From NCBI GenBank assembly GCA_023717565.1, contig JAMQPI010000675.1:658-64657 (forward strand): DNA of 64,000 nt, read 5' to 3'. Source of the stretch: Pyrinomonadaceae bacterium. GTDB lineage: Bacteria > Acidobacteriota > Blastocatellia > Pyrinomonadales > Pyrinomonadaceae. Under the pieces are notes generated by a model, which saw only the letters and a program-made list of their open reading frames with translations, was not told the origin of the DNA and did no database searches. The position numbers and the translations under genes are program-made. Shown piece by piece: positions 36,633-46,255 of this stretch. Position 1 is the stretch's first letter, and each line of letters begins with the position of its first letter.

Positions 36633-37957
36633 GCTGCAGCTTTGTTGTAATCAAAGATTTCAGCGACCCTGAGATACGCAGCGCGCCCAATTTCGATCTG
36701 TTGATGAGCTGCACTCAATAGTGGGACGCGAGCCTCCTCGGCCGAACGCCAGGCCCGTTCAACAGCTTTCACAAACTCGTTTTCAAGCGCCGGTCCGTCC
36801 AGGGATACGATCTCTACACCGGTCCCAAACTGATGGTCTAGGCCCAGGAACTTATCTAAACAGTATTGGGACTTCGTCAGACCCACAACGGGGATTCCCT
36901 GTGAAAGCGCAAAGACAGCTGCGTGATAGGCTGCGGTGACAACTATGCGACAGCGGCCTACCTGATGAATTACTTGCAAGGGTGTGTCAAGATCTCTGCC
37001 GTTATCTTCAAAGCTCTCGATTCCTGAGAGCAGTCGTGCAATATCCCTGGCGTCTTTGAAATCCGGATAACGAGAGATCGGAACAGGCAGCAGTGGCGCG
37101 GCAAACTTAGTGGCTAGCTGCTCGAACAATGGCCGTAGTCGACTGATCACATCCTGACCGATTCCAGTGTGCTCGGCGAGACGCAGGTTGACTCCGATGG
37201 CGCCTCCGACGGATCCAGTCCGCGCCTCGTATGCAAGTTCGATCGCGTCGTCGCCGGTGTTGAGAATTCGATCTGGACCGACCTTCATCTCACGCAGCAA
37301 CACAGGACCGAATTTCCCTTCTCGAACCGCAATCAGATCCGCTCGGCGTAATACATCCGCTGCTTTGTCCATCAGCTCCGCGTTCCCCATCGGTCCAATC
37401 CCCTGGCTGAACAGGGCTGTGTGCTTGCCACTTCTCACTGCCATCTCCACAAATCCAAGTACTTCCAATGCGTGCTTTCTGAACATGTCATTTATGCCCC
37501 CTTGCCCGCAGAGCACTATCAAATCAGCCTCACGCACCGCTCTGAGAAATTCAAGCACGCTCGCATTCGTAACGCCTGACACTCTCACCTTAACTCGAAC
37601 CATTGTCTCGACAATTTCGGGCCACCGACGGCGAAGGGCGCTGGTAACTTTAACGATTTGCCTGGAAGCTGATTCGGGCAGCGAATGTTGTACTCGACCC
37701 AGTAGGTACTGTTCGGCAAACCATAGTTGCATTCCTTCTCGCGGCACAGCTTTGGCCGGCGCGACCTCTTTTTCGAGAGTCTGCGCATTCGATGTAATAA
37801 CTCCGATTGTTGAGTTCGGAAAAAGCCTGCTCAACCTCCCGACAGTAACTTGCAGCATCGCAAGATCACCCATGTTCGAGCAGCGGTAGTCTCCGGAATC
37901 GATCAGAATGCGCATAATCCTGGGAGACTGTGGCGGTTGAGAGTGTGAATCTTTCAA
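36629..37957 (-). CDS. Polysaccharide pyruvyl transferase (CsaB/WcaK family)
   Basis: N-terminal ILIDSGDYRCSNMGDLAML pattern and overall length typical of the PS_pyruv_trans family. The start could be the internal ATG at 37915. Confidence 0.75.
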   Translation of the reverse strand: MKDSHSQPPQSPRIMRILIDSGDYRCSNMGDLAMLQVTVGRLSRLFPNSTIGVITSNAQTLEKEVAPAKAVPREGMQLWFAEQYLLGRVQHSLPESASRQIVKVTSALRRRWPEIVETMVRVKVRVSGVTNASVLEFLRAVREADLIVLCGQGGINDMFRKHALEVLGFVEMAVRSGKHTALFSQGIGPMGNAELMDKAADVLRRADLIAVREGKFGPVLLREMKVGPDRILNTGDDAIELAYEARTGSVGGAIGVNLRLAEHTGIGQDVISRLRPLFEQLATKFAAPLLPVPISRYPDFKDARDIARLLSGIESFEDNGRDLDTPLQVIHQVGRCRIVVTAAYHAAVFALSQGIPVVGLTKSQYCLDKFLGLDHQFGTGVEIVSLDGPALENEFVKAVERAWRSAEEARVPLLSAAHQQIEIGRAAYLRVAEIFDYNKAAA

Positions 37958-38033
37958 TGAGAACCAACGATTGCGGGTTTGACGATGACGCTGTCTGAAA
38001 TGTCGACGGACCGAGACTGATCAGAGACGGTAG

Positions 38034-38933
38034 TCAAAAGCACTTTTCGTATCGGCGAAAATTGATTAGTGCCATCTCACGGGTGTTCCCGTTAGCGAAG
38101 TTACCTCGGCGATGAAATCCCATATTGTTCGCAATCACGAGTGTATTGGCCTTCCCACAAATAGACGTCTCAACTAGAGTGCGGGCGTATTCCTGAGAAA
38201 CGGCGACCCGCTTGTTTGGCCCTCGAACCGCCAGCCAACTCGTGGGCAACGTATCGCCACGATTCAGTCGCGCCGTGCGCACGCTGATCTGATACTCGTG
38301 TGCGATGCGCTTCAAAGAAATGCGGTGTGAGCCTTTCACGTAGACAAAAGCCCCGTTGCTCTCATCAACGTCATTCAAGTAGTAGAAGGCTTTAATGGTT
38401 GGTGTATGCAAGTCAGCATGAAGAACATTTTCCAGATCGTTGTCGGGAGCGGCGTCTGAAATCTTGCGATACGCGTACAGGCTAATCGGCGGAACCGTAT
38501 TAACTTCTCGCCGCATCGCTGATGCAGCAATCTTCAGAATCAGCGCGTTATCGCGGAGATAAGTGGAAATGGCCGGGTTCTCATCGGTCCCGTTCAACGC
38601 AATGCTCGCCACTTGTAGTTTGCCGTCGTCCACACCTCTAAACGCATTGAAGGTCATCTTAGGCTTTATGGAACGATACTCTCCTCGTACCCGCCTAAAC
38701 TCGTCTTCAGAGAGGAAGTCATTGATAACAAGAACACCGTCTTGATCAAGCCTCTTAATGTAATCTCGAACGCCGGAATCAACTAAGCCAGGCCTCATTC
38801 TCCACGCGACGTGTTTTCCGATTATTCTCAAGACTTGTAAGCCGGCACGGTTTTCGATAACCGACCCAGTATGATATGGAGGAACTTCGTGGGCGAATCC
38901 TCGCACTATCGGAATCTTCTTAAGGCTAATCAT
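38034..38933 (-). CDS. Fe(II)/2-oxoglutarate dioxygenase, PhyH-like (second copy)
   Basis: LHADLH ... MGFHRRG triad pattern. YYLNDVDESNGAFVYVKGSH parallels 30065..30985. Confidence 0.7.
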   Translation of the reverse strand: MISLKKIPIVRGFAHEVPPYHTGSVIENRAGLQVLRIIGKHVAWRMRPGLVDSGVRDYIKRLDQDGVLVINDFLSEDEFRRVRGEYRSIKPKMTFNAFRGVDDGKLQVASIALNGTDENPAISTYLRDNALILKIAASAMRREVNTVPPISLYAYRKISDAAPDNDLENVLHADLHTPTIKAFYYLNDVDESNGAFVYVKGSHRISLKRIAHEYQISVRTARLNRGDTLPTSWLAVRGPNKRVAVSQEYARTLVETSICGKANTLVIANNMGFHRRGNFANGNTREMALINFRRYEKCF

Positions 38934-38959
38934 TGTCCGTGTCTGAGCTTACGAGGCTC

Positions 38960-41095
38960 CTAAAACTCAACCAGGTCAGCCTTTCGCAGCTGCTGAACAA
39001 CATCTCTCACGGAATTAAACCCCACACCGCATTCGCGCGCTATCTCCGCAATTGAGAGCGTGCCATCTATCCGGTCAAGAATATTGAAAAGCGAATTGTG
39101 ACCTTCGGGATTCGAGTACCAATCCACGTGAAGACCGTAGCGCGAGCAGAAAGGCTCTCCCTTAAACTTGTTTACCGGCACCCGGTTCGACTCTAGTGTG
39201 TCGATCATCGACAGCACCATATCGCGGGAATCTTCAAGGTGCTTGATCGATACCAGACTCGGATTGTCAAAGCTGGAGTGATACTCGCGATAAGGCCAAT
39301 CGGGCGAACTGGGTGGAAGCACTCGCGACAAAGACAGGAACGGAATCCGCACGCCTGGACCATTAAACTGCCGCTCGTCGTTTCCAATCACGGTACGGAA
39401 GGGACCCGTCCAGCCATGAAAGTCGTGCTCCTTCAGTGCCAGCGTGAAGCAGAGATCAAGATCGGTATTCGCTTGAAAGGAAAGTTGTAGACCGTGCGGG
39501 TAATCAAGCCCAAGCATCTCGAGAAACATTCCGCCTTTTATCTTCGGAATGAGATCGGGATTGTGACTCAGGTAAGCGATTGACCCAATGGTTTCCGGCA
39601 CAATCAAATAACGATAGGTGTACCGCAGGTCCTTTCGCTTAAGCAGCTCTTGGGCAACCTTGATTCCAACGATTACGCCACTAAGGTCGTCATTCGCCTG
39701 ATGAGGATGACAAAGATGGGAACACAACACTATCGACTCATCGCTCTGGCCCGGAATCACAACCTCTCCGACTTTCAGAGTGCTGTAGCTGAAGTCAGTT
39801 TTGATTACAACCCGGTATTGATCTTCCGTTAACGTGTCTCTTAAGTTCTTACTACAACACAAGCCCCAGCTGCGCTCGTAGTACTTGAAAATGAAGGGAA
39901 TCGCCTCGGCGAGTTTTGGGTGTACGTAGAGATGCTTCAGCAACTCATCGCGATTGACGACGCCATCAAACGGCAACGAATAGGAAACCACGTGAAGCGG
40001 ATTATCAGCGTAGGAAAAGAGTCGCCTCCCGTCCATTGTTTCGAGATAAGCTTCATGGCAGGTCCACTTTTCGGGAATTATCCAGCTCCAGCATTCAGTG
40101 CCAGTGGGGTATTCGTGAATCGTCATCGGCACTTGAGTCGCCAGCGCTTCTAAAGCGGCATCGTAGCCATCGGAAATAATGTCACGAGGAAGACTCCACA
40201 GTGCATTCATCAATTCCGACTCAGTCGCAACCGCCGGAAGAGTAACCCGTTGGCTCGAGGCGGATACTCTCTCCTTTTCGAACTCTACCGGATCACCAAT
40301 AGGTCCCCTGGCCGTCAACCAAGGGTCTTGCTCCAACTCGCGCAGCGTAAGATCAAAGTACTCACGGCAGTCGACCGTCTTAACCTGACCGAGGCCGACA
40401 GGCGCGATTGAGCACTTGCCGGCTTCAATGGCCTTCCGTTCCAACCGAATACCATCGGGATACCCATTCTCTGCCATCACGCGAACGTTGTAGACCCAGC
40501 CGGACTTCTGCAAGCCTTTGCCGTTTCGAATGTAACCGGTAAAAAGTTTCTTGAACCGGAAGGGTACCTGCACCAGTTCTTCCACATAGTGACGAAAGGT
40601 CGCCTCATCAAGTCCGACACCAATCATGCAGATCTTGCCGCCTACCCGTAGCAACCGTTCATGCACGCTGCCGGATCCAAAGCAGCTGTTTGGCAGGTCC
40701 GTTAGTAATTCCTGGGCTTTTGGTCCCAGGCCCGCCACGGAATGTATTGGGTCCGCAGAACGAACTACTCCCGGAAGCTGGCGAAAGAATTCCAGAAAGT
40801 CTACTGAGGTGCTCCAGGGTCCGCCCGCTGTGGGCGTGTCATGAAGGTCGAAGACTTCCTGCTTGCAGAGAGAAAACGTATAAGTCGGAACTAAGATTGT
40901 TCCATCAGGGCCCACGACACTTTGAAGCGCATCCAAGATCGATTCACAAATCTGTTCGGAGGTATTGCAGCCTTTCAGATGTCCCAGATTCTCAACACAT
41001 AAGTGAAAGAACACAGTGTCTCCGGCTCCGAGGCCGGTCTTTTGTAACTGAGCGATGAAATCCGCTTGTGTGTAATGCCAATCCGTAAAAGTCAC
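38960..41095 (-). CDS. Fusion of an AAC(3)-type N-acetyltransferase domain with an aminopeptidase-like (COG4310/DUF4910-type) domain and a C-terminal winged-helix
   Basis: N-terminal 270 aa: GDTVFFHLCVENLG, GTILVPTYTF, DPIHSVAGLG. Remainder: HLCHPHQANDDLSGV, IVPETIGSIAYL, and a C-terminal LSIAEIARECGVGFNSVRDVVQQL. Confidence 0.7.
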   Translation of the reverse strand: MTFTDWHYTQADFIAQLQKTGLGAGDTVFFHLCVENLGHLKGCNTSEQICESILDALQSVVGPDGTILVPTYTFSLCKQEVFDLHDTPTAGGPWSTSVDFLEFFRQLPGVVRSADPIHSVAGLGPKAQELLTDLPNSCFGSGSVHERLLRVGGKICMIGVGLDEATFRHYVEELVQVPFRFKKLFTGYIRNGKGLQKSGWVYNVRVMAENGYPDGIRLERKAIEAGKCSIAPVGLGQVKTVDCREYFDLTLRELEQDPWLTARGPIGDPVEFEKERVSASSQRVTLPAVATESELMNALWSLPRDIISDGYDAALEALATQVPMTIHEYPTGTECWSWIIPEKWTCHEAYLETMDGRRLFSYADNPLHVVSYSLPFDGVVNRDELLKHLYVHPKLAEAIPFIFKYYERSWGLCCSKNLRDTLTEDQYRVVIKTDFSYSTLKVGEVVIPGQSDESIVLCSHLCHPHQANDDLSGVIVGIKVAQELLKRKDLRYTYRYLIVPETIGSIAYLSHNPDLIPKIKGGMFLEMLGLDYPHGLQLSFQANTDLDLCFTLALKEHDFHGWTGPFRTVIGNDERQFNGPGVRIPFLSLSRVLPPSSPDWPYREYHSSFDNPSLVSIKHLEDSRDMVLSMIDTLESNRVPVNKFKGEPFCSRYGLHVDWYSNPEGHNSLFNILDRIDGTLSIAEIARECGVGFNSVRDVVQQLRKADLVEF

Positions 41096-41141
41096 TTACT
41101 TACCTCATTCCCGTTTAATAGATTACTGGACTCCAGGCTGT

Positions 41142-42530
41142 TCATTTCCGATCGGAATACCTGTCGAGCACCTGCTCTACGACTTGTGGGGATATCTGAT
41201 CGGGGTACTTCTCAATAATTGTAGATAGGTGCTTGTTATTGAGATTTTGGTACCTGGTGAGCCAATGATTTTGGAGGTATTGGTTGACAACGAAAATGCT
41301 ACCGACGACTAACAGAGCAGCCGCTCCTTGCGCAATGAATCTCCTGCTCGCATGCTCCCGAAGCATCGGTGAAGCGCCAACGAACAGGCAGAAAGCGAGT
41401 AGCGGTATGTATTGGATCCGATAGCGGAAAATTTGGCTGTGAATTCCCGAATTAAGCACCAGAATGATCACGGACAGTTTTTGCGGCAGCGTCAACTTGA
41501 AGCTCAGAACTGAACCCGCCAACAACAAGGTTGGTATCCAAATCATGGGGTGCGATAACTGTAGTCCGCCTGAATTGTTGAAGACGGGCAAGAGAGTGGC
41601 CAAGAAGTTCTTGATGACGTTCTCAACTAGTGCCCAAAGTTGCAGATGCCTTGGCAAGCTTGCCCAGTTATCGTAGGCCCGCACACCGAATATGTAACCG
41701 CTTTCACTAAATGAACCGATCACTGAGTGGAAAATCATGAGTCTGAGAATTAGGTATGCGCTAATCACCATCAAAGAGGCAACTATCGTCTTGTTGCGCG
41801 ATCGGTTGGATGACGGCAAACACAAGACGCTTGCGAATAAGGCGAAGAAGGGCACGATTAATCCGCCCTCTTTACTGAGTAACGCAATCACCGATAAGAG
41901 AACGATATACCAAGGACGAATTTCTGACGCACTTTGGGCATCTTTCAGCAAGTGATCAAGGAATAGAAGAAGCGCTAGACCAACAATCAGTGTCGAGCGG
42001 TCAGAGACCCAAGACGCCGGTGAGGCGGTATAGATCGACACTAATGCAACGGCAGCAGCCAGGAATGCCAACTTTGCATCCCCTCCAACTTTCTGAACGA
42101 TCTTGTAGAGAAGCAAGACATTAAAGAAGTGAAGCAGCAGGCTAAGCAGTTGATTTGGGAACGCCCTGACGCCAAAAATTCGATAGCCCACCCAAATCGA
42201 AAGGGAGTGGAGAGGTCGGTACACGTTTCTGGGCTCGTACTTATCTCCTTGATGGTACAGCCCCATCCCCCAATCGGTTCCGAAATAGCTAAGCGGATTG
42301 GCCGTTCTTGAAACTGAAGACAAGATTCTCAAGTCGTCCGCCTCTCCTGGAACAAACCAAAGAGTTTTCTGAAACACGGCTAGGCCGAGAAACAATAACA
42401 AAGCGGCTGGGATGACTATTGACCGGTCGCTAAGCAGAGAATCGCGACCTTCCAACACCCTTCTATAAAGGACAGCTCTTAAGCCGTGAGCAGCCCTGGT
42501 CGATGGATACGCGTTAAGTGTTCCAGTCAC
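41142..42530 (-). CDS. Polytopic GT-C-like (PMT/ArnT/TMTC-like) membrane glycosyltransferase candidate
   Basis: Twelve or more hydrophobic segments. YRPLHSLSIWVGYRIFG...NQLLSLLLHFFNVLLLY pattern near the N-terminus. Confidence 0.5.
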   Translation of the reverse strand: MTGTLNAYPSTRAAHGLRAVLYRRVLEGRDSLLSDRSIVIPAALLLFLGLAVFQKTLWFVPGEADDLRILSSVSRTANPLSYFGTDWGMGLYHQGDKYEPRNVYRPLHSLSIWVGYRIFGVRAFPNQLLSLLLHFFNVLLLYKIVQKVGGDAKLAFLAAAVALVSIYTASPASWVSDRSTLIVGLALLLFLDHLLKDAQSASEIRPWYIVLLSVIALLSKEGGLIVPFFALFASVLCLPSSNRSRNKTIVASLMVISAYLILRLMIFHSVIGSFSESGYIFGVRAYDNWASLPRHLQLWALVENVIKNFLATLLPVFNNSGGLQLSHPMIWIPTLLLAGSVLSFKLTLPQKLSVIILVLNSGIHSQIFRYRIQYIPLLAFCLFVGASPMLREHASRRFIAQGAAALLVVGSIFVVNQYLQNHWLTRYQNLNNKHLSTIIEKYPDQISPQVVEQVLDRYSDRK

Positions 42531-42533
42531 GTG

Positions 42534-43994
42534 TTAGAAAGTTGCCATCAGCATAAGGATGACAATAATTCCTCCCACTAAATAACTGACTCGGTCCTTA
42601 AACGTAAAAACGATTGGGTCATCCACCATTTCACCGCGATTGGCAAGAATCCAAACTCGAGTAACCCAGTACAGCAAACATAGCCCAACACACCAAAGGA
42701 AGGTGGGATGCCGGTATATGGCAACAACCTCATGACTTTGAATGTAAAGGGTCAGGACCAGTACGGATAAATAGCCACTGACCGGTCCGATGCTTCTAAT
42801 TATGTCAATGTCGCTGACCGCGTAGCCGCGACCGCTGATACTGCTCACGTTATTTTTCTGTGAGGCGCCAAGCTCAACGTACCTTTTTACGAAAGCTAAG
42901 TTAAGGAAAAAGAATATCGAAAATGCTAGCAGCCATGGAGACAGCGTCACATTAACAGCCAAGGCACCCGCTAGGATGCGGAGAGTGTAGAGACCGGATA
43001 GTACTAGGACATCCACAGCAGCAACACGCTTAAAGTAGAACGAATACGCCAGGGTAATCAGAAAATACAGACCAAGCGATAAGCAAAATTGTGGAGGTAA
43101 CAAGAAAGCCGCTAAGGTGAAACTCAAAGACATCAGTAATGGAATGAGTGCCAGGCCAGTCTTTATCTGAAGTGCACCAGAGGCAAATGGGCGACTTTTC
43201 TTGCGTGGGTGTTGCCGGTCGGCTTCCAGATCCAACAAGTCGTTAACGACATATACGCTTGAAGCGCAAAGGCCAAACGCTAAGAAGGCATAAAGTGTCT
43301 GGGCGACCAAAGAAAGGTCCATAATCTTGTGCGCCGTTATCAGGGGAACAAAAAGCAGCAGATTCTTGACCCATTGTTGAATGCGAAGAGCCTTCAAGAG
43401 GGTCCGTAGTCGATTTTCCTCAACTGGGAAAACCCGTCCCACGGACGAAACCATCTGAGCTCGACTCAGTAAACGCGAGGATGGGTGAACTAGCATCGAC
43501 TCGTCGGCCGATTCCCAGATAGGCAGATCAACAGAACTGTTACCGATATAGTCGAACTGCTGATCTCCTACATGCTCTTCCAATGCATGGAGTTTGTGCC
43601 GTCCAGAAAGATTCACTAGTCCATTGCTGGAAATAACGGCTGAGAAGATGCCTAAGTGCACGGCCACTCTCTTTGCTATCTGTTGATCGCAGGCAGTAGC
43701 AAGAATGATCTCCCTGCCCGATTCCCACTCCTGCCTCAAAAACGAAAGCACGTTTTCTCGATAGGGCAACCCAGCAGGATTAAGGTTAACCGATTGAGCA
43801 ACTCGACTCTTGAAGATAGCCTTGCCTTTGAACAACCAGAACGTCAATACCAGTATCTTCCAGGGCTGATCCTTCAGGAGAAGAAGCAAGGACTCCCAGA
43901 GCGTGTCGGTAGCAATAAGGGTTCCATCAAGATCTACGCAGAGAGGCTTTTTATTTGCTGCTGGAACCGCAACGATTGCTATTTGGGGTTGCAT
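42534..43994 (-). CDS. HAD-phosphatase-like domain fused to a UbiA-family polyprenyl-phosphate phosphoribosyltransferase-like domain
   Basis: HAD motif CVDLDGTLI. UbiA Asp-rich motif VNDLLDLEADRQHPRKKSRPFASG plus 8-9 TM helices. Start placed at ATG 43994 (MQPQIAIV), which avoids overlap with the upstream gene. Confidence 0.8.
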   Translation of the reverse strand: MQPQIAIVAVPAANKKPLCVDLDGTLIATDTLWESLLLLLKDQPWKILVLTFWLFKGKAIFKSRVAQSVNLNPAGLPYRENVLSFLRQEWESGREIILATACDQQIAKRVAVHLGIFSAVISSNGLVNLSGRHKLHALEEHVGDQQFDYIGNSSVDLPIWESADESMLVHPSSRLLSRAQMVSSVGRVFPVEENRLRTLLKALRIQQWVKNLLLFVPLITAHKIMDLSLVAQTLYAFLAFGLCASSVYVVNDLLDLEADRQHPRKKSRPFASGALQIKTGLALIPLLMSLSFTLAAFLLPPQFCLSLGLYFLITLAYSFYFKRVAAVDVLVLSGLYTLRILAGALAVNVTLSPWLLAFSIFFFLNLAFVKRYVELGASQKNNVSSISGRGYAVSDIDIIRSIGPVSGYLSVLVLTLYIQSHEVVAIYRHPTFLWCVGLCLLYWVTRVWILANRGEMVDDPIVFTFKDRVSYLVGGIIVILMLMATF

Positions 43995-44038
43995 AGTAGG
44001 TGTTCTTAATTCTGAGTAGGTGCGATAAGTCAGAATTC

Positions 44039-45244
44039 TTACGCAGTGAGCCTTACGGCACGAGGTGCCGACACGGCTGTGATCTGATTTATTACCCGGT
44101 TCTGAGACGACGGTGTAAGACCCACAGAACATGGGAGACTCAACGCGCTCCGATTAAGATGCTCGGCGACGGGACAAACCGCATTCCAGGATCCTTTGTG
44201 AGCGGTCGACAAGTGGAGGGGCTGCCATAGAGGGCGCGCCTGAATCTTGTGCTGGGCCAAAGCCTGCAGGAGTTCTCGCGCACTGAGACCAAATTCGGCT
44301 TTATCTACCAGGATGGTGTACATCCAGTAAGTGCTTCGAGCCCAGGGAGCCTCACACATCGGTATGATCCCGGGTATTCCTCGGAGAGCCTGTTCGTAGT
44401 TGGCAGAGATTTTGCGCTTAGCGGTGACGTAAGATTCAAGCTGCTCCATTTGTGCCACACCCATCGCGGCCTGAATGTTTGTCAATCGGTAGTTGTATCC
44501 AATCTCCGCGTGAACGTATTCCAAGGGATCTTCTTTGGCCTGGGTTGTTAAGTGCTTTGCTCTTCGAGCCCACTCCTCGTTGTCGGTGACGATCATCCCG
44601 CCACCGCCGGTGGTGATAAGCTTGTTCCCGTTGAAACTAAAGCAAGCAATATCGCCGAGTTGGCCAACACTCTGATCTTTGTACTTAGCGCCCAAGCTCT
44701 CGGTGGCGTCCTCGATCACCGTCAATTCATATTTGCGGGCAAGAGCCAGAACCGGATCCATTTCCACTGGATGACCCAGAATGTGGACCGGAAGAATTGC
44801 TCTCACTCGCCTTCCAGTAACGCGGTTGCGCAGTACGCCTTTGCGCCACTGACATCCGCGTTCTAGGAAGTCAGCCAGTTTCGCGGTATCCATCTGCCAG
44901 TAATCTGGCTCGGCGTCCACGAACACCGGCCAGGCTCCCACGTACCTAATTGCATTTGCTGGAGCTATGAACGTGAGGGTGGAGACTAATACCTCATCAT
45001 CTGGCTCGACTCCTGCCACCAGTAGAGCAACATGGAGCGCGGCCGTTCCACTACTCGTTGCAACCGCGCAACTCGAACCAACGGCTTCAGCAATCGAGCG
45101 TTCGAACAGGTCAACGTAGGAACCAACGGTGGAAACCCAGGTCGTATCGAGGCATTCCTTAACGTATTTCCACTCGTTACCGCGGATCTCCGGAGCACAT
45201 AGTGGGACGAAAGCTTCCACAGCTGTTTGAGGCTTATTGGTCAT
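44039..45244 (-). CDS. PLP-dependent NDP-4-keto-sugar aminotransferase (DegT/DnrJ/EryC1 family; LegC/PseC-like)
   Basis: Family-typical layout with FSFNGNKLITTGGGGMIV (Lys Schiff-base region). Confidence 0.9.
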   Translation of the reverse strand: MTNKPQTAVEAFVPLCAPEIRGNEWKYVKECLDTTWVSTVGSYVDLFERSIAEAVGSSCAVATSSGTAALHVALLVAGVEPDDEVLVSTLTFIAPANAIRYVGAWPVFVDAEPDYWQMDTAKLADFLERGCQWRKGVLRNRVTGRRVRAILPVHILGHPVEMDPVLALARKYELTVIEDATESLGAKYKDQSVGQLGDIACFSFNGNKLITTGGGGMIVTDNEEWARRAKHLTTQAKEDPLEYVHAEIGYNYRLTNIQAAMGVAQMEQLESYVTAKRKISANYEQALRGIPGIIPMCEAPWARSTYWMYTILVDKAEFGLSARELLQALAQHKIQARPLWQPLHLSTAHKGSWNAVCPVAEHLNRSALSLPCSVGLTPSSQNRVINQITAVSAPRAVRLTA

Positions 45245-45292
45245 GGAACGATTATTCAGCTTTGTGATCTTGCAGCGCGGATTGTGGGCAGT

Positions 45293-46255
45293 TCAATTTC
45301 GGTAGGCTGGAGCATCGAAGTCGCTGATCACGCCATGCTTGACGAGCCAAGCTACCTCCTCGATGCCGTTGCGCACAGTGAGAGAGACATCAAATCCCAA
45401 CCTATGATTTATCTTAGTGAAGCAGACGCGATAGTCTCTGGGATCTTCTTCGCGGCGCACGAACTCGACCTTCGCATCAGGAGCGTAAGGGCGCATCAGG
45501 TCGACTAGCTGTAGCTTTTGATAGTTCTCGGTGGTGTCACCGACGTTGAAGACCTCGCCCTGAACCGCGTTCTCTGGAGATGCCAGCACCAAGCATATTG
45601 CTCGGGCCACATCTCGGACGTGGATGTAAGGCCGCCAGAACTGTTCACCAAACACAACCAAATGTTTCTTGGTGAGCAGGTCCAGTGTGAATTCATTGAC
45701 AGTTAGGTCGAAACGCATTCGAGGAGACACACCAAACACAGTGGCAAACCGAAGTGGCGTCTTGCACATGGCACCATTTGACTCGAGCATGGCTTGTTCT
45801 ATTGCCACCTTCGTCTCAGCATAAAGCGATACCGGTCTGAGCTCGGATGTTTCATCGACGTAGCTCTCCGGATCGCTCATCTTTCCGTAATTACTGCAAG
45901 TTGAAGCAAACACGAAGCGGGAAACGCCCGCTCGCTTACTGTCTTCCAATAAAGTCAGAGACGCATCAAGGTTGACTTCACGTGCAAGTTCGGGCTGCCG
46001 GGCGCAGGCCGGGTCTCCAACAATCGCCGCCAGATGAACCACTGCATCAATCCCCAGGAGCGCTTTTCGAACAGCGTCGCGATCACGAACATCGCCGAGC
46101 TGAAACTCAAATCCAGGGTTAGCCCACACGCCTAGTAGCGAACCGCCGCCGTGCAGAAGCGAGTCAAGCACTCGGACCCGATTGCCCTCACCAAGCAACA
46201 TGGGAACTAGAGTCGACCCAACGTAACCAGCCCCACCGGTGACAAGAATGTTCAT
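45293..46255 (-). CDS. NAD-dependent NDP-sugar epimerase/dehydratase (SDR; LegB-like candidate)
   Basis: ILVTGGAGYVGS Rossmann motif. 4-nt overlap with the upstream nucleotidyltransferase gene. Confidence 0.85.
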   Translation of the reverse strand: MNILVTGGAGYVGSTLVPMLLGEGNRVRVLDSLLHGGGSLLGVWANPGFEFQLGDVRDRDAVRKALLGIDAVVHLAAIVGDPACARQPELAREVNLDASLTLLEDSKRAGVSRFVFASTCSNYGKMSDPESYVDETSELRPVSLYAETKVAIEQAMLESNGAMCKTPLRFATVFGVSPRMRFDLTVNEFTLDLLTKKHLVVFGEQFWRPYIHVRDVARAICLVLASPENAVQGEVFNVGDTTENYQKLQLVDLMRPYAPDAKVEFVRREEDPRDYRVCFTKINHRLGFDVSLTVRNGIEEVAWLVKHGVISDFDAPAYRN

